Shown: in pieces, positions 8,930 through 23,586 of the stretch
Position numbering within the stretch: the stretch's first letter is position 1
Layout: each line of letters opens with the position of its first letter
DNA from: Tubiluchus corallicola
Taxonomy: Eukaryota > Animalia > Priapulida
Length of the DNA stretch: 55,709 nucleotides
Direction: 5' to 3'
NCBI GenBank assembly: GCA_030141605.1
Contig: JAQGDQ010001204.1
Coordinates: 1-55,709, forward strand
The notes under the pieces: generated by a model
The model's database searches: none
What the model was told of the DNA's origin: nothing
Seen by the model: only the letters and a program-made list of their open reading frames with translations
Translations under genes and position numbers: made by a program

Positions 8930-10085
8930 GACCAAGGCAGGAAATAACTCGTTGGGAAAAACCCGACGGCTTTGAAAGTTGACGGAGCAGGTTTTTCCCC
9001 ACGTTAAGAGGCAAAGCTATCTCTTAACTTAATATGTACTAAAGGGAAGTTTTTCTCCACGTATAGGAACCGGTTTTCTTCACGTAATAAAGACACCAAG
9101 TGTGTCGGGAATAAAGTATCCCAGGATGATATATTCCAAGCGAACGTATACTATATACACAAGATTTAGGATTAGTGCGCACAAATTGGATAGTGAGAGG
9201 GGAGGTATCATAAACAAACATACCTGCTCACCAAAGAATATGTGAGATGAATCAAGTAGAAGACGAAATGCATTTTTGCATGACATGTCCTGCTTATCAA
9301 AATGAGAGAAAAGTTGTATTTGAAAATATTTCCTCCTTTTGCAGATATGCCTGTAAGTGAATAGTTTGTTTATTAATGGCCTAAATGATGTAAAGATGAG
9401 ACCCTTAGTAATAAATTTTATACACGACATCAGTAAGAAAAGGGAAGAGAAACAGGATAACAAATAACTTCAATTTGAACTCGCAGCCTATAAATGTATT
9501 CTTTCTATTGTTCTTTTTTATGTGTTATTGTGCTTTTGTTAGTATTGTGCTTTTGTTAGTATTGTGCGTTTGTTATCATTGTGCGTTTGTTATCATTGTG
9601 CTTTTGTTAGTATTGCGTTTTTTATATAATCGTCCCTACTACGTTTGAGTCGCTTCATCCTATGTACAGGATCAATGTTTTTCTCCTTGTGTTGTATGTT
9701 CTTTATGTTGCGTGGTATGCTCAACGTCTGGATATTCATATATTGAATTGTTAACTTCGTGACACTGACTAACACTATTTTGTTTTGTTTACAGGTCATG
9801 TTGTGAAGTTATTATGTTGTTATGTCATGTCGTTATATATGAAGTGATAATGTAAATAAGCACATCGTGATGTTTTAACTCATTTGTTTACTGCTTTCAT
9901 TTACAAGCATATATAGATGACACGGCAATGGACATCAAACAGTAATAAAATACATTTCGAGAACAAATTTTAGATAAAACGTTTAGTTTGATACATCGAC
10001 TCTCCCACCTTTTCTGGGCTAAAAACGAAATAAGCGAGATCTAGGAACCAAAATAAATTCTCCGTTCTCGGCGAATGCCAGATTT
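8930..10085 (+). mobile_element. Interspersed element interrupted by a LINE fragment
   Basis: 8930-9060 and ~9760-10085 both match 37910-38550 in inverted orientation and conserved order. Confidence 0.7.
9140..9500 (+). mobile_element. LINE (L2/Crack-like) 3' remnant
   Basis: Broken frame FRISAHKL...GRY...VEDEMHFCMTCPAYQNERK. Confidence 0.65.
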
Positions 10086-10129
10086 ATTCTTATTCTCGAC
10101 AAATGCTTTGCTACGTCATTTCAAAAAAT

Positions 10130-10960
10130 GGGGTAATGTCGGACACTTGCAGGTAATGTCGGACAGTTAATAGGGCAACGTCGAACGTAATTAACAAAGT
10201 GGTTATGGCATTTAAATGGTTTAAAACTTCGAGATTGATCAGTGATGAGATGAGAGAAATATTATAGAATAGAATAAGCAACCGTCCTCACAGACATTTT
10301 TCTCTGTGTTGTTCATTTGTGAATAATATGCTTTGATAACAGATTACTTTCAATCATGGCTCAATCGTTGAAGTTTTCCTCTTTTATTCTTTGCGTTTTT
10401 TACATTTGCAGCATTTTACAAGCCGTTTCGATAAACGGTTTTCTCCCCATATTTCTAAAACGATCAGAATCATATTATTTTTACATTTTGGCTCAAATGA
10501 CCGAAAATATATGTGATTTATCTAAAAAAATTAATTCCGGCAGAAAGTCGGAACCAAAAGTTCAATTCTCCGACATTAGCCTAGGCTTTTGGGTAAAGTC
10601 GGGCACTGCTTCAGTTAGTTGTGTAATAAACAAACAAATATGGTGTTCTACAAAGTGTGGCATGAAAGCATCAGGTAAGAACTAACTTACAAAATAAACC
10701 ATTTCTGAAACAGATGCTGTAAATAATTAATGTGTTAGGTCTGTTTATGAGCAAATTAAAAAACATTATTACAGTTTGGAATAAGCGTACTCATTAAGTG
10801 AGCTTGTATGTTCACAACCATACGGTTTGCCAAATGATGAACTACCAAACAATGGTGAAAATGACAGTCTAAAGTATTAACAATGAAAGGAAAAAACAAC
10901 GTCCAGGTAATTTAATGGGTTTTAGGAAACCGCAAAACACATTGTCCGACATTAACCCTA
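10130..10960. mobile_element. MITE with inverted repeats GGGTAATGTCGGACA / TGTCCGACATTAACCC
   Basis: Inverted motif at both ends with further internal copies. Confidence 0.6.
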
Positions 10961-12335
10961 GCCATTGCACTACAGGGTAAATAGAATCAAAAAATGATAT
11001 TATGTAAGTACTATAAAATTCTTTCGTACAATCGATTCTTACGTAAAATTCTAAAATATTATTCATTAAAAAATTATTGTAAATTATAACGACTTCACGA
11101 ACACGCTTGTTTTCCACTTCAGAACTCTAACTGAAGAGAATTTTATGTACAGTTATTGTGTGAATTCAATAATTAGGATTAAAATTATAATCAATTATGC
11201 TAGTGTAGTTTACAGGAAGCTTAGTGCACAAGAAAAACCTCCACTTACATAAATCTTAAAAAAATCGTCTTGAAATTTTGTACCACTTACAAACTGCCCT
11301 TTTACATGCAGGGCTTGCGTCGGCAGTAACACTGTATAAAACCTGTAAATTTAAACTCCCACGACGACTGTAGGGCGCAGCCAATTTGATGGTAGGTTGT
11401 TTGAAATAAGTTTAGATAACATTGCGTGAAGTTTGGAAAAACAATCAGAGCACTCGTAGCACACACGTTACAACTAAGTAAAATTTTAAATTTCTGTATC
11501 TTGTCAATAAGATTAAAAATACGTTTTTGGTTAGTGAGTGGTGCACCCTGCAGAGTGAGTCAGCCAGCTTTTTACCAATCGGCACGAACATTTTAAATTA
11601 TTATTTTAGTTATGTAAGTTTTTCCAGTAGGTAAGCGAAATGCTAAGTAATATAGATTTGCATAGAAAGTTTTTTGGGATATAATTTAACATTTCCTTTT
11701 CTTCCCCTGATTTACCTTGTGCGTATATTACGTCACGTAATGGCGCGGTCGAAACAGTACTGTGGGAGATTTAAAATGAAAACAAACTAAAATTCCTTTT
11801 AACACGAGTACGATATATGCATAAAACTGCTTTAAAGTAATAATTATAATTTTTAAAGCGATTTTTCTGGAACCTACTTCAGGTGCCCCTTTTCTTGTTC
11901 TTTAACAGAATCAGCTGAAATTATCTTATAACTATTAATATTTCTAAATAATAATTCTTTATATTATCCTATTTATCTATTCTATTTATTCCCACAACGC
12001 AATAGCTAGACCTCTGTTTCAGGATGACTTGATTATGATTATTACCACACCTGCTCGTGATGACGCAAGCACAACGTCCTGTTCATTAACCTAGTCAAGG
12101 TAAAACACCGTATTTATAGGGATAAGTAGACAAGAGAGAGGTACTTATTCGAAGTTAAGTGGCATTAGTTGTGAATTATGCTAATTTAGCAATGTGACGT
12201 ATCTTAGAATCCTATTTTTAGATACTATTACGTTTCTTTGTTCACAGTATTTACATTGAGTAGCGTGAATCTTACACCTGCCTGATGGTATAACCGTAAT
12301 AAACACATATCCTGACTTTTCTGTTTATTGATTAA

Positions 12336-12868
12336 AGGAAAGGCCAAGCCGTATAGAAGATTAGGCTTATTTCAGTGTTCGCGAAAAATGTTAGAAAAAT
12401 TTAGTAATAAAACTTAACAAGCACCTCGTGTAACTAGTAAAATAACTTTAAAATCGCGGCCACTTCATACTTGGGCGCTCCCATTTTGAACGCCCATTCT
12501 TCTTCCAATGACGTCATCCGCCCTGAAAAGTAGCGCACTGTCAATCTTTGTCAAAGGTACAATAAATTCTTACAAAAAAATTAGATAGCTAATTTTGTAA
12601 CATTTGTGCTTGAATATTAGGAAAGCTGCAAAAGTTTGAATGAGTTAAAGTCACGTCACGCTTACGAAAAGTCATGAAGTCTCCCACTTACGTCATGATT
12701 TTCAAGTGATTGGGGGCACGCTTGGAAATTTGTATTCAGAGGTAGTACATTTTAAGCTTACGCTTTATAGACAGTTTTTGCAATTTTTTTTTGTTATATT
12801 TTTCTAAGTTTGAGTGATAACAGTAAAATATAATAAACCCAACATACTGAGTGACTTGGTCTTTCCTT
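12336..12868 (+). mobile_element. Kolobok-like non-autonomous element (TTAA|AGG...CCT|TTAA)
   Basis: TIRs AGGAAAGGCCAAG / CTTGGTCTTTCCT with TTAA flanks; inverted full copy at 36924-37377. Confidence 0.8.
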
Positions 12869-14699
12869 TTAACTTTGAGAAGTAAGCAAAATCGCACTGA
12901 TAGACTACGGTGGACCACTGCGATCTGCAAAAATGTGATTCATGTGATTCAATCTACTGTGTGTCATGGCATATTTCTTATTCCATTAATTAGAAATTTG
13001 TTTGCAGTGGCTGTATCAATACCATTTCAAAGTTCTTTGCGAAGCCAAAATGCAGCGCCGACTGTGAATTACTGAACAGAATCGGTTTTTTTCAAGATAT
13101 TGAGACTAATTTAGACCACCTTTTCTGTCCGCTTTTCGAAATATAAATAGGAATTAAAAACAATCAAAGCAATAAGCATTTTCACATTTCCAGCGATTGA
13201 CGATAATCATGATAATGTCAAAGGTTAAGTAATTTAAAAGTAAAGCCGGTATTTGTTGCTAAAAGCTCTGCCACCCATAACCCCACAACCGATTGATATG
13301 ACACAAATAAAGAAAAAACTTATTGACTTGAAGATGGTTTCTGATTTCTTGAGATAAAATGTGTTTCAAAAGAGAAGCTTCACTCTGACACGGACAGTTT
13401 TGTTAAAGCTAAATGTGATTCTGTTCTGCCTCCGCGAGGCCCAGGTTCCCGGGAGTCAGATACTAGTTCATTTCTGGGACAGTAGACTCGAATAGTTTTG
13501 CGCAACTGCAGAAAGAAAACCGCAAGGGGGACAGCTGCTGACTTACATCAATTTCATCCAAAAAGAACACACCATTAGATATCAAAGATACAGAGAAATG
13601 GGAGGTTGCGCGTGACAGGTGAGCATGGAATAAAGTGATCGGGAGGGTCATGTCAAACGACGTGTAACTCCAGAGATGAAATGATATTTACTGCGTACCT
13701 ACGCAGTAATTATATAGGTACTCTACCTTGACTGTTTCGTAGTAACCTGATAACAAGGCGGCAAATAACTTAGACGTTGCAACTAACACGCCACAAGGTG
13801 TTTTATTGAAGTTGCACAACGCATCTAAGACGCCACAAGCTGTTGTTTTAGAAGTTCATATATACATTTTGGTAAGACTAAGTTTACTGGGGAGAGTTGG
13901 GGTAGATCCTTGCTTCTTCAGTCAAGCAAATGTTGCCTCAGCAAGGGCTTATCCTTTCAACGATCAGCCCTTCACTGTTGTAAGACACAAGGTGCATCGT
14001 GCAGCCAGCTGTGAACTGGAGAACCACAGAATAGGTAATAGAGGGTAAGCTATGATCTACACTGCTGTAACTGTGCATGCGCCCGTTTGCGAGACGGGAG
14101 CGACAGGTTGATCCGATCTCCGAACTCGACCTTTTGATTTTTAAAACATAAAAGTTTCTCCTTCTAGACAATAGCGCCATTCGATGACATTTAGTTTTGA
14201 ATGGAAGAAGTTACTTGAGACAGGGGCGATATGTAACATCCTGTCTCCGAAGTCCAAATTTATTTCTTTTATTAATCTGTAATTATATGCGTAAAGTGAC
14301 TATAATGCCGGTGGAATTTTCACTCAATGTTTGACGGAAGTAGTTCTCAAGATAAAACTGAAATTCAAGCAGCGTACATAGTTGACTGATTTTCTAAATA
14401 TGTTGCTTCATAGCCACGGCTCAGACGGCGACGTGTAAAGGCTAGAATCGCAACCGTTGGAACAAAATTAGTTTAAATATATTTATTTTACAACCTTTGG
14501 ACACCACAGTGGTAATTCAGAGGTAATACAAATACAATACTTGAAAGACAAAGTGAAGAATTAAAATCTACGTAACAATTAAACAAGCTTATTAATTAAT
14601 AAAAGAAAATAGTCGCAATCTAATGAATATGAGGGAGTAGGATGCCCAGCCATATAGGCAGGCGAGCATTTAGGACAAAATACTTTAATTTAAAAAAAT

Positions 14700-15240
14700 T
14701 GTCAGCACCACTTCCGAATATATAGTAATATAACATTATCAACTTAACATATTGTATTTAGCTTAACTTAAAACGTTTAGTTTCTCCAATATAATTGTGT
14801 ACAGCAGTAAATATCCTACAATTTATTGTGATATTATCGACCTGGAGACCATTAAATAAAACGTGCATTTTGACTTTATTATTCAAGTTTTCAAAATTTC
14901 CAAGGTCTTCATTGAGAAACTCATTCGATATTGATAACAACATGCAACGTCTAGCAGCAACGTATCATAGGCAGTGAAATAAATAATGTTCAATACTTTT
15001 ACTATAGAAGTTTTTGAAACTAAGTTACTATCACCACATTTACAACCATGAAGATTTAAATTGCTGTTCAATTGTGAGAATCCAAACCTCATCTTGGCGT
15101 GATACATTGCATAAGGTCTTTCACCAAATGAATGAAACTTACGAGTTTCAACAAAACTGAAGCGTGACTTGAGGCGACGTGAGAGTATATTTACAGAGGA
15201 AGAATTTTTGATATAATCTGGTAACTCATTCCACAAACGT
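14700..15240 (-). mobile_element. LINE (CR1/L2-group) reverse transcriptase 3' remnant
   Basis: WNELPDYIKNSSSVN...HAKMRFGFSQLNSNL, typical of the CR1/L2 ORF2 C-terminus; frameshifted. Confidence 0.75.
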
Positions 15241-16688
15241 ACAAAGATGGAACAAAATTAAGTTAGTAGATTTCCAGATTTCGAACCCTTGATCACGGCT
15301 ACTTTGCTAATTGGTTTGATCTGTTAACTTGGCAGTAGCAATTTGTCAGCTAGAAAAAAGGAAAAAATATGCACGTGAATACCCAGAAATTCACTACGCA
15401 CGCAACTTTAACTGTGGAAGCTACTGAGGACAGGTTACGCAGAATCTGTGCACCAAATGTCCTGTCGTTCTACGGTAGATTCTACATAGAAAAAGTTTGA
15501 CGGTCATAGTAGAAAAGAAATGACGATTTCTACAAACGAAGGAACGGTTTATAGTTCGTGCGTTTTTATTTTTTACCAACAACTCAACAAGCATGCGGAC
15601 GTGTCAATAGTCTAAAAACATATAACGACTGGCCGAAGGGAGCTTATAAAATAAACTTTCAATAGCGACAAATTTTTCTTTTCTGCTACGTAATTGTGGT
15701 ATTTCCAAGAGCGTGCTTACGTCATAATGGAGGCGGAGCGATAGGCCAGTATGCTTTTCATCTGTATGTATACCTACATAATGTAAATACACGTATTATA
15801 TGTACAGATACATAATTTGTTTGTAAATGTATTTATTGTCATTTTTATATAGGGTCAAACTTGCGTAGCTGAATGTTTAAATTTTTAAAACGCTAAGTAC
15901 TTTTAATGTACGTCAATAAATTTTAAATAAAATTAATAAAAAATAATTGCATAATATATATATAATAACTAGTAGCAGCATTACAGTTAGATGAAAAGAT
16001 AGGTATTCACTTAAATTACGAATTGAAACACCTAAACTGACAGACTAAAGTGACTATCATGACTAAAGTTAAGCAAAGCCAAAACTCATTATGAATGGAT
16101 GGGTGACCACAAGGTTCAATTTTCGCTAGGGGATCTAGCAAATCAATCCACCATACCGATTCCGATTGTTTACCTTGCTGAGGAGGATGCAGTCACATCT
16201 GATCGTGAATGGGCCGCTTCTGCTGGTCCAGTGGCTCAGCAGAACTAGCGTTGATAATCAGCTAGGTTTAGGCCTGGCAAACCCTACAGAAATAAAAGAA
16301 GAAGAAGAATAATAATAACAATAATACTTTCATCTTTTACCACAAAGCGATTTGGAGCTTTTAGTCGACAGGCGTGTATAATTTCTGCAGGTCAATTTGG
16401 TTGAATGAACTTGGAATTTGAGAATTTATACAGGAAAATTACGTCGGATATGGTAATTTACCCTCTAAAAGCTAAAAACATTCTTTGCAATTGTATTCTT
16501 AGAAAAGTGTGAGGGAAATCAGATTACTTTACTAAAAATTTCCCCACCTCGAGAAAAGGTTCACTGACTTTGGATTATGGTAAGCGTTTATAATGCCCTG
16601 GAAACGTAACATTATGGTAGTTATTTTTAACGTAATTTTCACATGCGTAATAAACAGGTGCGTCGTCCTGAGGTTGTGAAGCACTGTG

Positions 16689-17312
16689 CAGCCGCGTCGC
16701 AAGTTGGGAGGGGGAGGGGGGACAAGGGGGCAATCGCCCCCGAGCGCAAGGGTGAGAGGGCGCAAAATTCTTCTAGAGCTCAATGACTGTTAATTATTAA
16801 TTACCAATGCGACAGTAACAAAACAATTAACAAAAGCTTTCAACCTGCAACAAAACTGTCTAATCAGAGATCATCGTAGCTGACTTAATTACTACATACA
16901 GTCTAGAAAAAGGCTGATGTTGTTACTTAAGGTGCGTGTAAGGTGTCATGTCGCTTAACAGATCGGTAATTTTGGCAGAAACAGTAGCGTTTGTATTATT
17001 TTGAAACTTGTAGTATTCTTTCACAGTCATAGCATGCAGTTAATGCTGGAGCTGAATGTTAAGCACTGTTGTGCTATGAACAACTTATGCATAGAAAAGA
17101 GTTACTTTGGTGCAGTACCGCAAATCAAACTCAGGCTGATTCTTAGAAAAAATTTGTTTTTCTAAGAATGACTGACTAAGAACAACAAGGCTGACTCAAA
17201 AAATGCATAATTTGTGGCTTTGCCCACGAAACAAATGATCAAAATATTAAAAGGGTGGAGCGCCAGAAGTCTTTCTGCCCCCGGGGCGTCACAAGTACGT
17301 GTTACGCCACTG
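16689..17312. mobile_element. hAT-like non-autonomous element (degenerate)
   Basis: CAG...CTG ends (CAGCCGCGTCGCAA / TTACGCCACTG) with GC-rich GCCCCC subterminal motifs; TSD is poor. Confidence 0.45.
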
Positions 17313-18214
17313 GAACCGTGCATGGCGTTACAGGGACTATCGGCTCAAGGGTGGTGCCTATTATTGATACTTATATACAGCTTACTGTTGACGCATGCGC
17401 AGATAATAGTAAAAGAAATATATGTATTAAATTTAAACACTTTTCCCCACGAGATTATAACCTAACTTTGCAAATATACAAAACATACAAACAGTCAAGT
17501 GTATACAAGCAAAAGAGAAATTAAACTGACAAAGAAATGAGAAAAGATAAAATGTGAAGAGAAGCAAACGTCATCAAAAGCCATGACGTCACGAACTGTG
17601 AACGTCGTTCGACTTTTGTCGTCTGACTAGACAAACAATAAAATACTGAACAAATTTAAATAAAATCAAATGTTTTAAATTTTAGAAGAAAACATTGTCG
17701 ACTGAGGCTGTCCACAGTTATTAGCTGCAGTCAGGCTGCTTGTTGTACTCGGAATCAGAACAATGTCACCCATCCAATCACTCTCCTTATCTAACCTTGC
17801 TAAACTTTAAAACAACACGTTTTTAAGTTCAGCCATCATTTTATTGAGTACACGCCGAGTGCACCAGTAATAAGGAACTTCTTTTCTGCTAAGAAAATCT
17901 GATGATAAAAAGGAAATCTAGTTTAAATCTCATTTCCGTTTTGCTGCAGACGGTAATTTTCACGTTTCTAATCGTCGCAGTGTAATCGTATCACGTTAGA
18001 TGACGCTAGTAGCAGGTGTCATATGTAATCTACTCGTGCGACAATAAAAACGAAATTGGATGGATTGAAACATTTTAGGAGAAGAAAATGACGTTGACGA
18101 GCGAATAAAATGTTTACAGTTGGAGACAGTTTGGCAATAAACACGCAGTTTATTGTTTATTTTTCCTTTTTTACAAATTGTTTACAATAGACGTTTGTAA
18201 TTCAGTGGTGTCAT

Positions 18215-18945
18215 CCAACACTCGTCCTTGCTATCATTAATGCTGCTCTCGTCATTGTTCTCATTAATGCTGCTCTCGTCCTTGCTATCATTAATGCTGC
18301 TCTCGTCATTGTTCTCATTAATGCTGCTCTCGTCATTGTTCTCATTAATGCTGCTCTCGTCATTGTTCTCATTAATGCTGCTCTCGTCATTGTCCTCATT
18401 AATGCTGCTCTCGTCATTGTTCTCATTAATGCTGCCCTCGTCATTGACCTCATTAATGCTGCTCTTGTCATTGTCCTCATTAATGCTGTACTCGTCATTG
18501 CTATCATTAATGCTGCTCTTGTCATTGTCTTCATTAATGCTGTACTCGTCATTGCTATCATTAATGCTGCTCTCGTCATTGTTCGCATTTATGCTGCTCT
18601 CGTCATTGTTCTCATTAATGCTGCTCTTGTCATTGTCTTCATTAATGCTGCTCTCGTCATTGATGTCATTAATGCTGCTCTTGTCATTGTTGTCATTAAT
18701 GCTGCTCTCGTCATTGTTGTCATTAATGCTACTCTTGTCATTGTTGTCATTAACGCTGCTCTCGTCATTGTTACCATTAATGCTGCTCTTGTCATCGTTC
18801 TCATTAATGCTGCTCTCGTCTTTATTACCATTAATGCTACTCTTGTCATTTTATCACGAACGCTACTCTCGTCATTGTTGTCATTAATGCTGCTCTCATC
18901 ACTGTTGTCATTAATGCTGCTCTCATCATTGCTATCATTAATACT
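18215..18945 (+). repeat. 27-bp minisatellite (ATTAATGCTGCTCTCGTCATTGTTCTC)n
   Basis: About 27 tandem units; explains the repetitive ORFs in the track. Confidence 0.95.
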
Positions 18946-19744
18946 GGTAGCAAAACTTCGGTATCTAATCATTATTGTTCCTAAAGACAAAGCAAGTGTA
19001 TCAATGTAGGTCTCAGCATCATCATCATCATCATAATCGGTAACGACGACCACCATGACAACAACAACAGCATTAACTTGCCAACATAAAACACGAACTT
19101 TGCCTTCATTACTATTACCATTATCATCACAGTTATCATCATCTTCCTCAACAACAACGACGACGATAACAACATCATCATCAATAACAACGACAGCAAC
19201 AACAAGAATACCATGTTGTCACTGTCACTGTTACCATCATCATCATTATTACCAGAAAGTTTTCCTTATCATAACCACGTGGCATGTTTGTTTGTTAAAA
19301 ATAACTATAAAGGTTGGAAGCAATGTCAAGGTCTTGGTCAACACGGTATTACAATTATCATCTCGTGACTGGAAATCTTCGGCATTAATCTGGATTAGTA
19401 GATTAAGACTGCCAAGGTCATGTCTAGTAAAGTGAATTCACGTGTACGGAAAATAAGAAAACCTTTTAGCCTCAGCTGAAAAGACATATTGTCGAGCGAT
19501 GACCGGTAAAGCCCGAGGGTCAGCAATCATGCTGTTTTTGAATGGTTATTGTGCCAAAATGTCAGATGGTAAAAGATGAAAGGTAGCCAAGACTGACCAG
19601 CCTTAACAGCCACGAGTGCACAGCAGTCGTCTAGGAGTTTTTTACCCGTAGAAACAGATGACCTTAGATAAATGATAGTAGAGATAAAGTATTCAAGGTG
19701 AACAATCGTTTACACAGCATATAATTTTTTCCATTTTCTTTTAG

Positions 19745-20235
19745 TGTTGCTGATGCTACTGTTGCCGTTGCTGCTGCTGCCGTTGCTGTTTATGCTGCTG
19801 CTGCCGTTGCTACCATTGCCACTGCTGTTGTTACTACTGCTGACGTTGCTGCTGATGCTACTGCTGCTGCTGCTACTACTACTGCTGCCATTGCTGCTAA
19901 TGCTACTGCTGCTCTTGCTGCTGCTGCTGATGTCTCTACTGCTGTTACTGCTGCTGCTGCTACTACTACTACTATTACTGCTGTTGCCGCTGCTGCCATT
20001 GCTGCTGCTGCTACTGCTGCTGCCGTTGATTGCTGCTCGTGGTGCTGATGGACGTGGTATTGCTGCTGCTGCTGCTGCTCGTGGTGCTGATGAGTGTGGT
20101 GTTGTTGCTGCTGCTGCTCGTGGTGCCTAGGGACGTGGTGTTGTTGCTGCTGCTGCTAGTCATGGTGCTGACTGACGTGTGTTGCTGCTGCTGCTGCTGC
20201 TGCTCGTGGTGCTGATGGGCTTGGTGTTGCTGCTC
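19745..20235 (+). repeat. (CTG)n degenerate microsatellite
   Basis: Direct inspection. Confidence 0.95.
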
Positions 20236-20987
20236 ATATAACTTCAGGCAGTTAAAGACACGATCATCTCTAAAAGCAACATCGTGACATCAAGAGCAGT
20301 ACGTTGCCTTGTAAAGTCATCAATACCTGCGATCCGTCATTATAAAAATATTTTTTTAATACTTTTAACAGCGTTGCTACGCACAATTACAATGAATTGT
20401 ATAAAAGCTAGGTTCGCTTGGTGGTATGGTCTAGTAATACTCGGCAATAACCAGTAGCTGACGATCATTCATTAGCTCCCCGAAATGGTCACTGAACGGT
20501 CATTAAAAGGGTCTTGACCACCAATGCTGCCAATACATAACAATCAATGATGATAACGTTCGGGGGTGCGCCAGTTTACCATACCTAATCACAGAAACGT
20601 GCTAATGTGCCCCTAGGCGACCGGGCAGAGATTAGCATTTTACGTACCTGGTAATAAAAAAAAGCAACAGGTATAAACGAATTCTGAAAGGTCAGGCTTA
20701 CAAATCGGGTTTTTAAAAAGCTTGTGCTGTTAAAGCCAGGGCGCAAAGCATCGAGTCCCGGATTACGCTGCATTAGTTCAATAAACCTATTAACTAATAT
20801 GGCGTTAATTCCTCAGGTGAGACTATAATACCTGTACAGGTAAAAACAATTAAGACGAATTCTACGACGTATCAGGGAATAATACGTACCTGGAAATCTA
20901 CGACCTTTCAAATAATTTTAGCTTACATGAAAAATTAGCTTTCTCTGTTACTACACACAGGCCTGCATATTTATGTAATAATAATAT

Positions 20988-21019
<32 letters not shown>

Positions 21020-21114
21020 CTTTAGTTAAAGACGGCTTTTAGGATGAACAATTAACATAAGTTCCAAAGAGCTTTTGGGCCGACTGTAAATAACAATCTA
21101 CAACTGCATGTCAG

Positions 21115-21250
21115 AGACTATTATTACCTCACTTTTACCCTAAATACCACGCGCCAGGCAGGGTAACAGCAAGTGCCATTTTTAACGTCTTTGGTACGAC
21201 CCGGCCGCAACTCCCGACCTCCCAGACGGAAAGTGGGCGCGTTACCCCTA
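21115..21250 (-). mobile_element. tRNA-derived SINE fragment, same family as 47367-47470
   Basis: Shares CCATTTTTAA(C/-)GTCTTTGGTA(C/T)GAC(C/T)CGG with the 47.4 kb copy. Confidence 0.6.
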
Positions 21251-22714
21251 GACTAAATTGACAGGTCGTAAAAGAGAAACAGTAAAATATATTTATTAGC
21301 AACGTTTAAAGTTTAAGTGAAAACAATACTCAAATCTCAATTTACTAGCACTATAATCTTCCTAGCAACCACCTGAGATCCCTGTAAAACTAATTTAATC
21401 TTTCGATTTGATTTTATATCAAAAACGTAACAGGCACAATTGCAGTAATATTTAAAGCTGAGTTGACAGGAGCATTTGTTAAACCCGACGCATGAAGGGG
21501 TTACCTAGACAGAATTGACATGGTACGGGACTCCTAAAAAATTCTATCCACAAGATATTTAAACATTTTTATTGCATAAGTAGAATTCGAGTATTGCACA
21601 AGTTATGCGAGTATAAATGTCTAGTGTTGTACATTTTGAAGTAAATTTTCATTATTATTTCAATAAAAGACATAATAATTTATGTAAATTCCTTTAAACA
21701 CGAAACAATTAGCTATGCTGCATTCCTAATATTTACAGGGTAATAACCTAGTCCTAGCAGATAATTCTAGCCCGGCATTGGACAGCATTCTTGTAGGATG
21801 GTCATTATTGGCAAGGTGCCAAAATTCGTGCGCGAACCTCTCACACCCCCCGCAGCGATTTTACAAACGTGATGTCATTGTAAATAACTTGAAAAAAGAA
21901 TCATTAACTTCTCTTCCTGTGTCGTGCAGTCAAACAAACAAACTGCAGGTTCTTAAGATGCCATAAATACCTCGGCTAACCACTTACTACGTCATAAACA
22001 TTTCGCAATATGTAACATAACAATGCAAAACGTGACTCTCTCAGTAGAGGTTGTCTAAAAATATCACAAGTCGTGTAGAGAGAATAGTGACACAATAACA
22101 CGCTTTGCTGACCTGTTGATTGACCACGGAAATTAGCAGACTCCGGATACCTAAAGTTGGTACATGTTCGTTGTCATGCTTTGCCGAAATATATTTTCTC
22201 GAGTAAGAGAAATATATAAAGAGCAGTCTTGATTATAATTCTTGTTTACTTGATTTTTTTAAAGTAAAAAAAATAAACAAATCAATTATCTTTTTGTGAA
22301 GGACACTGTCTAGTGTACTAATGCAGTGCGGATACGCCGGCGACCGGTAATAAGGTTAGAGGAAAAAAGTAACAATTAATTTATGGTAGCCGGAAAGTCA
22401 CGGGAAAAAAGTGAACTAATTCATGGTGGCCGGAAAGTCACAATTTTAGCTAGGAAAGCAAGTGAGGCAATCAAACAAAAATATTCAAGTCAGTTACAAT
22501 GTATTTAAGTACCATAAACAATTCTAGTAATAAAACAGAAAACATTTTAAATCAGTTATTAACTGGCAACGCATGATTTGCACACATTAACAAAACTATT
22601 TATAATTATTAACTATGATGGCATTACAGGTATGTGAAAAACGACGTTTTGTTTAATATCTTACGGTTACGGTTACTTTTTTTCTTATCATTTTTTACCT
22701 GTGATTTTGCTTGG

Positions 22715-22990
22715 GAAAAAGAAAAATGAACTAGGTAAGGTTCTAGCTAGCTGTTAAAACTGTTACTATTACAATAGCATGGACTGCGAGGCGTTGTCAA
22801 GTGTACACAAATGTGTTGTCTGGTTCACTTAACCTTTGACCTTTTCAAGACCGTCATCAATCGCTGGAACTGTGAAAAGGCTTATTACCGTTGTCGATAT
22901 GTCGCATCAAATTATTCCAAAAACGGCATATACATGCATCAGACCCGACAAGCGCCAAGCAGTCGAATTGAACCCGCAGCCCTCGCAAAA
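22715..22990 (+). repeat. Interspersed repeat family, unclassified
   Basis: Matches 41450-41630 (AAAAATGAACTAGGTAAG...CGCTGGAACTG); related pieces at 33850-33985 and 41270-41445. Confidence 0.75.
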
Positions 22991-23327
22991 GCAGCAAGTT
23001 GTTAAACACAACACATTCTGAACGTTCTGTGGTTACAATCAGCCCGAGCAGACATACCAAACTATTTAGTAGGAGTATTTAGTAACAGCAATAATTAGGA
23101 GCACTGCTAGTATAAACTCTTCCTGAGGTAAAGAAACAACAGTTATTAGCTGCATAGCAATCAGTATGATTATACTAATTACAATATGCACGTTTCCTCG
23201 TGTAACCCAGAAACCGTTATTTATGATTATTATGGCTTAGTACTACTCTCTAGGTAGTCTTTGTATACTGTTTAGATTTTTGCAGTTTGCTTTTCGAATT
23301 TGTTTTGGCACAAAGTTACAATTTTGA

Positions 23328-23586
<259 letters not shown>

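Noticed and set aside
13880-13975. Possible hammerhead ribozyme (CTGAAGA on the minus strand)
   Set aside because: No properly placed GAAA core or supporting stems were found.
16060-16110. 5S rRNA-like fragment (GTTAAGCA...TGGATGGGTGACC)
   Set aside because: Too short and degenerate for a 5S gene; at most a SINE remnant.
18211-20215. Long Leu/Ser/Met- or Ala-rich ORFs
   Set aside because: Products of the 27-bp minisatellite and (CTG)n tracts, with no splice or domain support.
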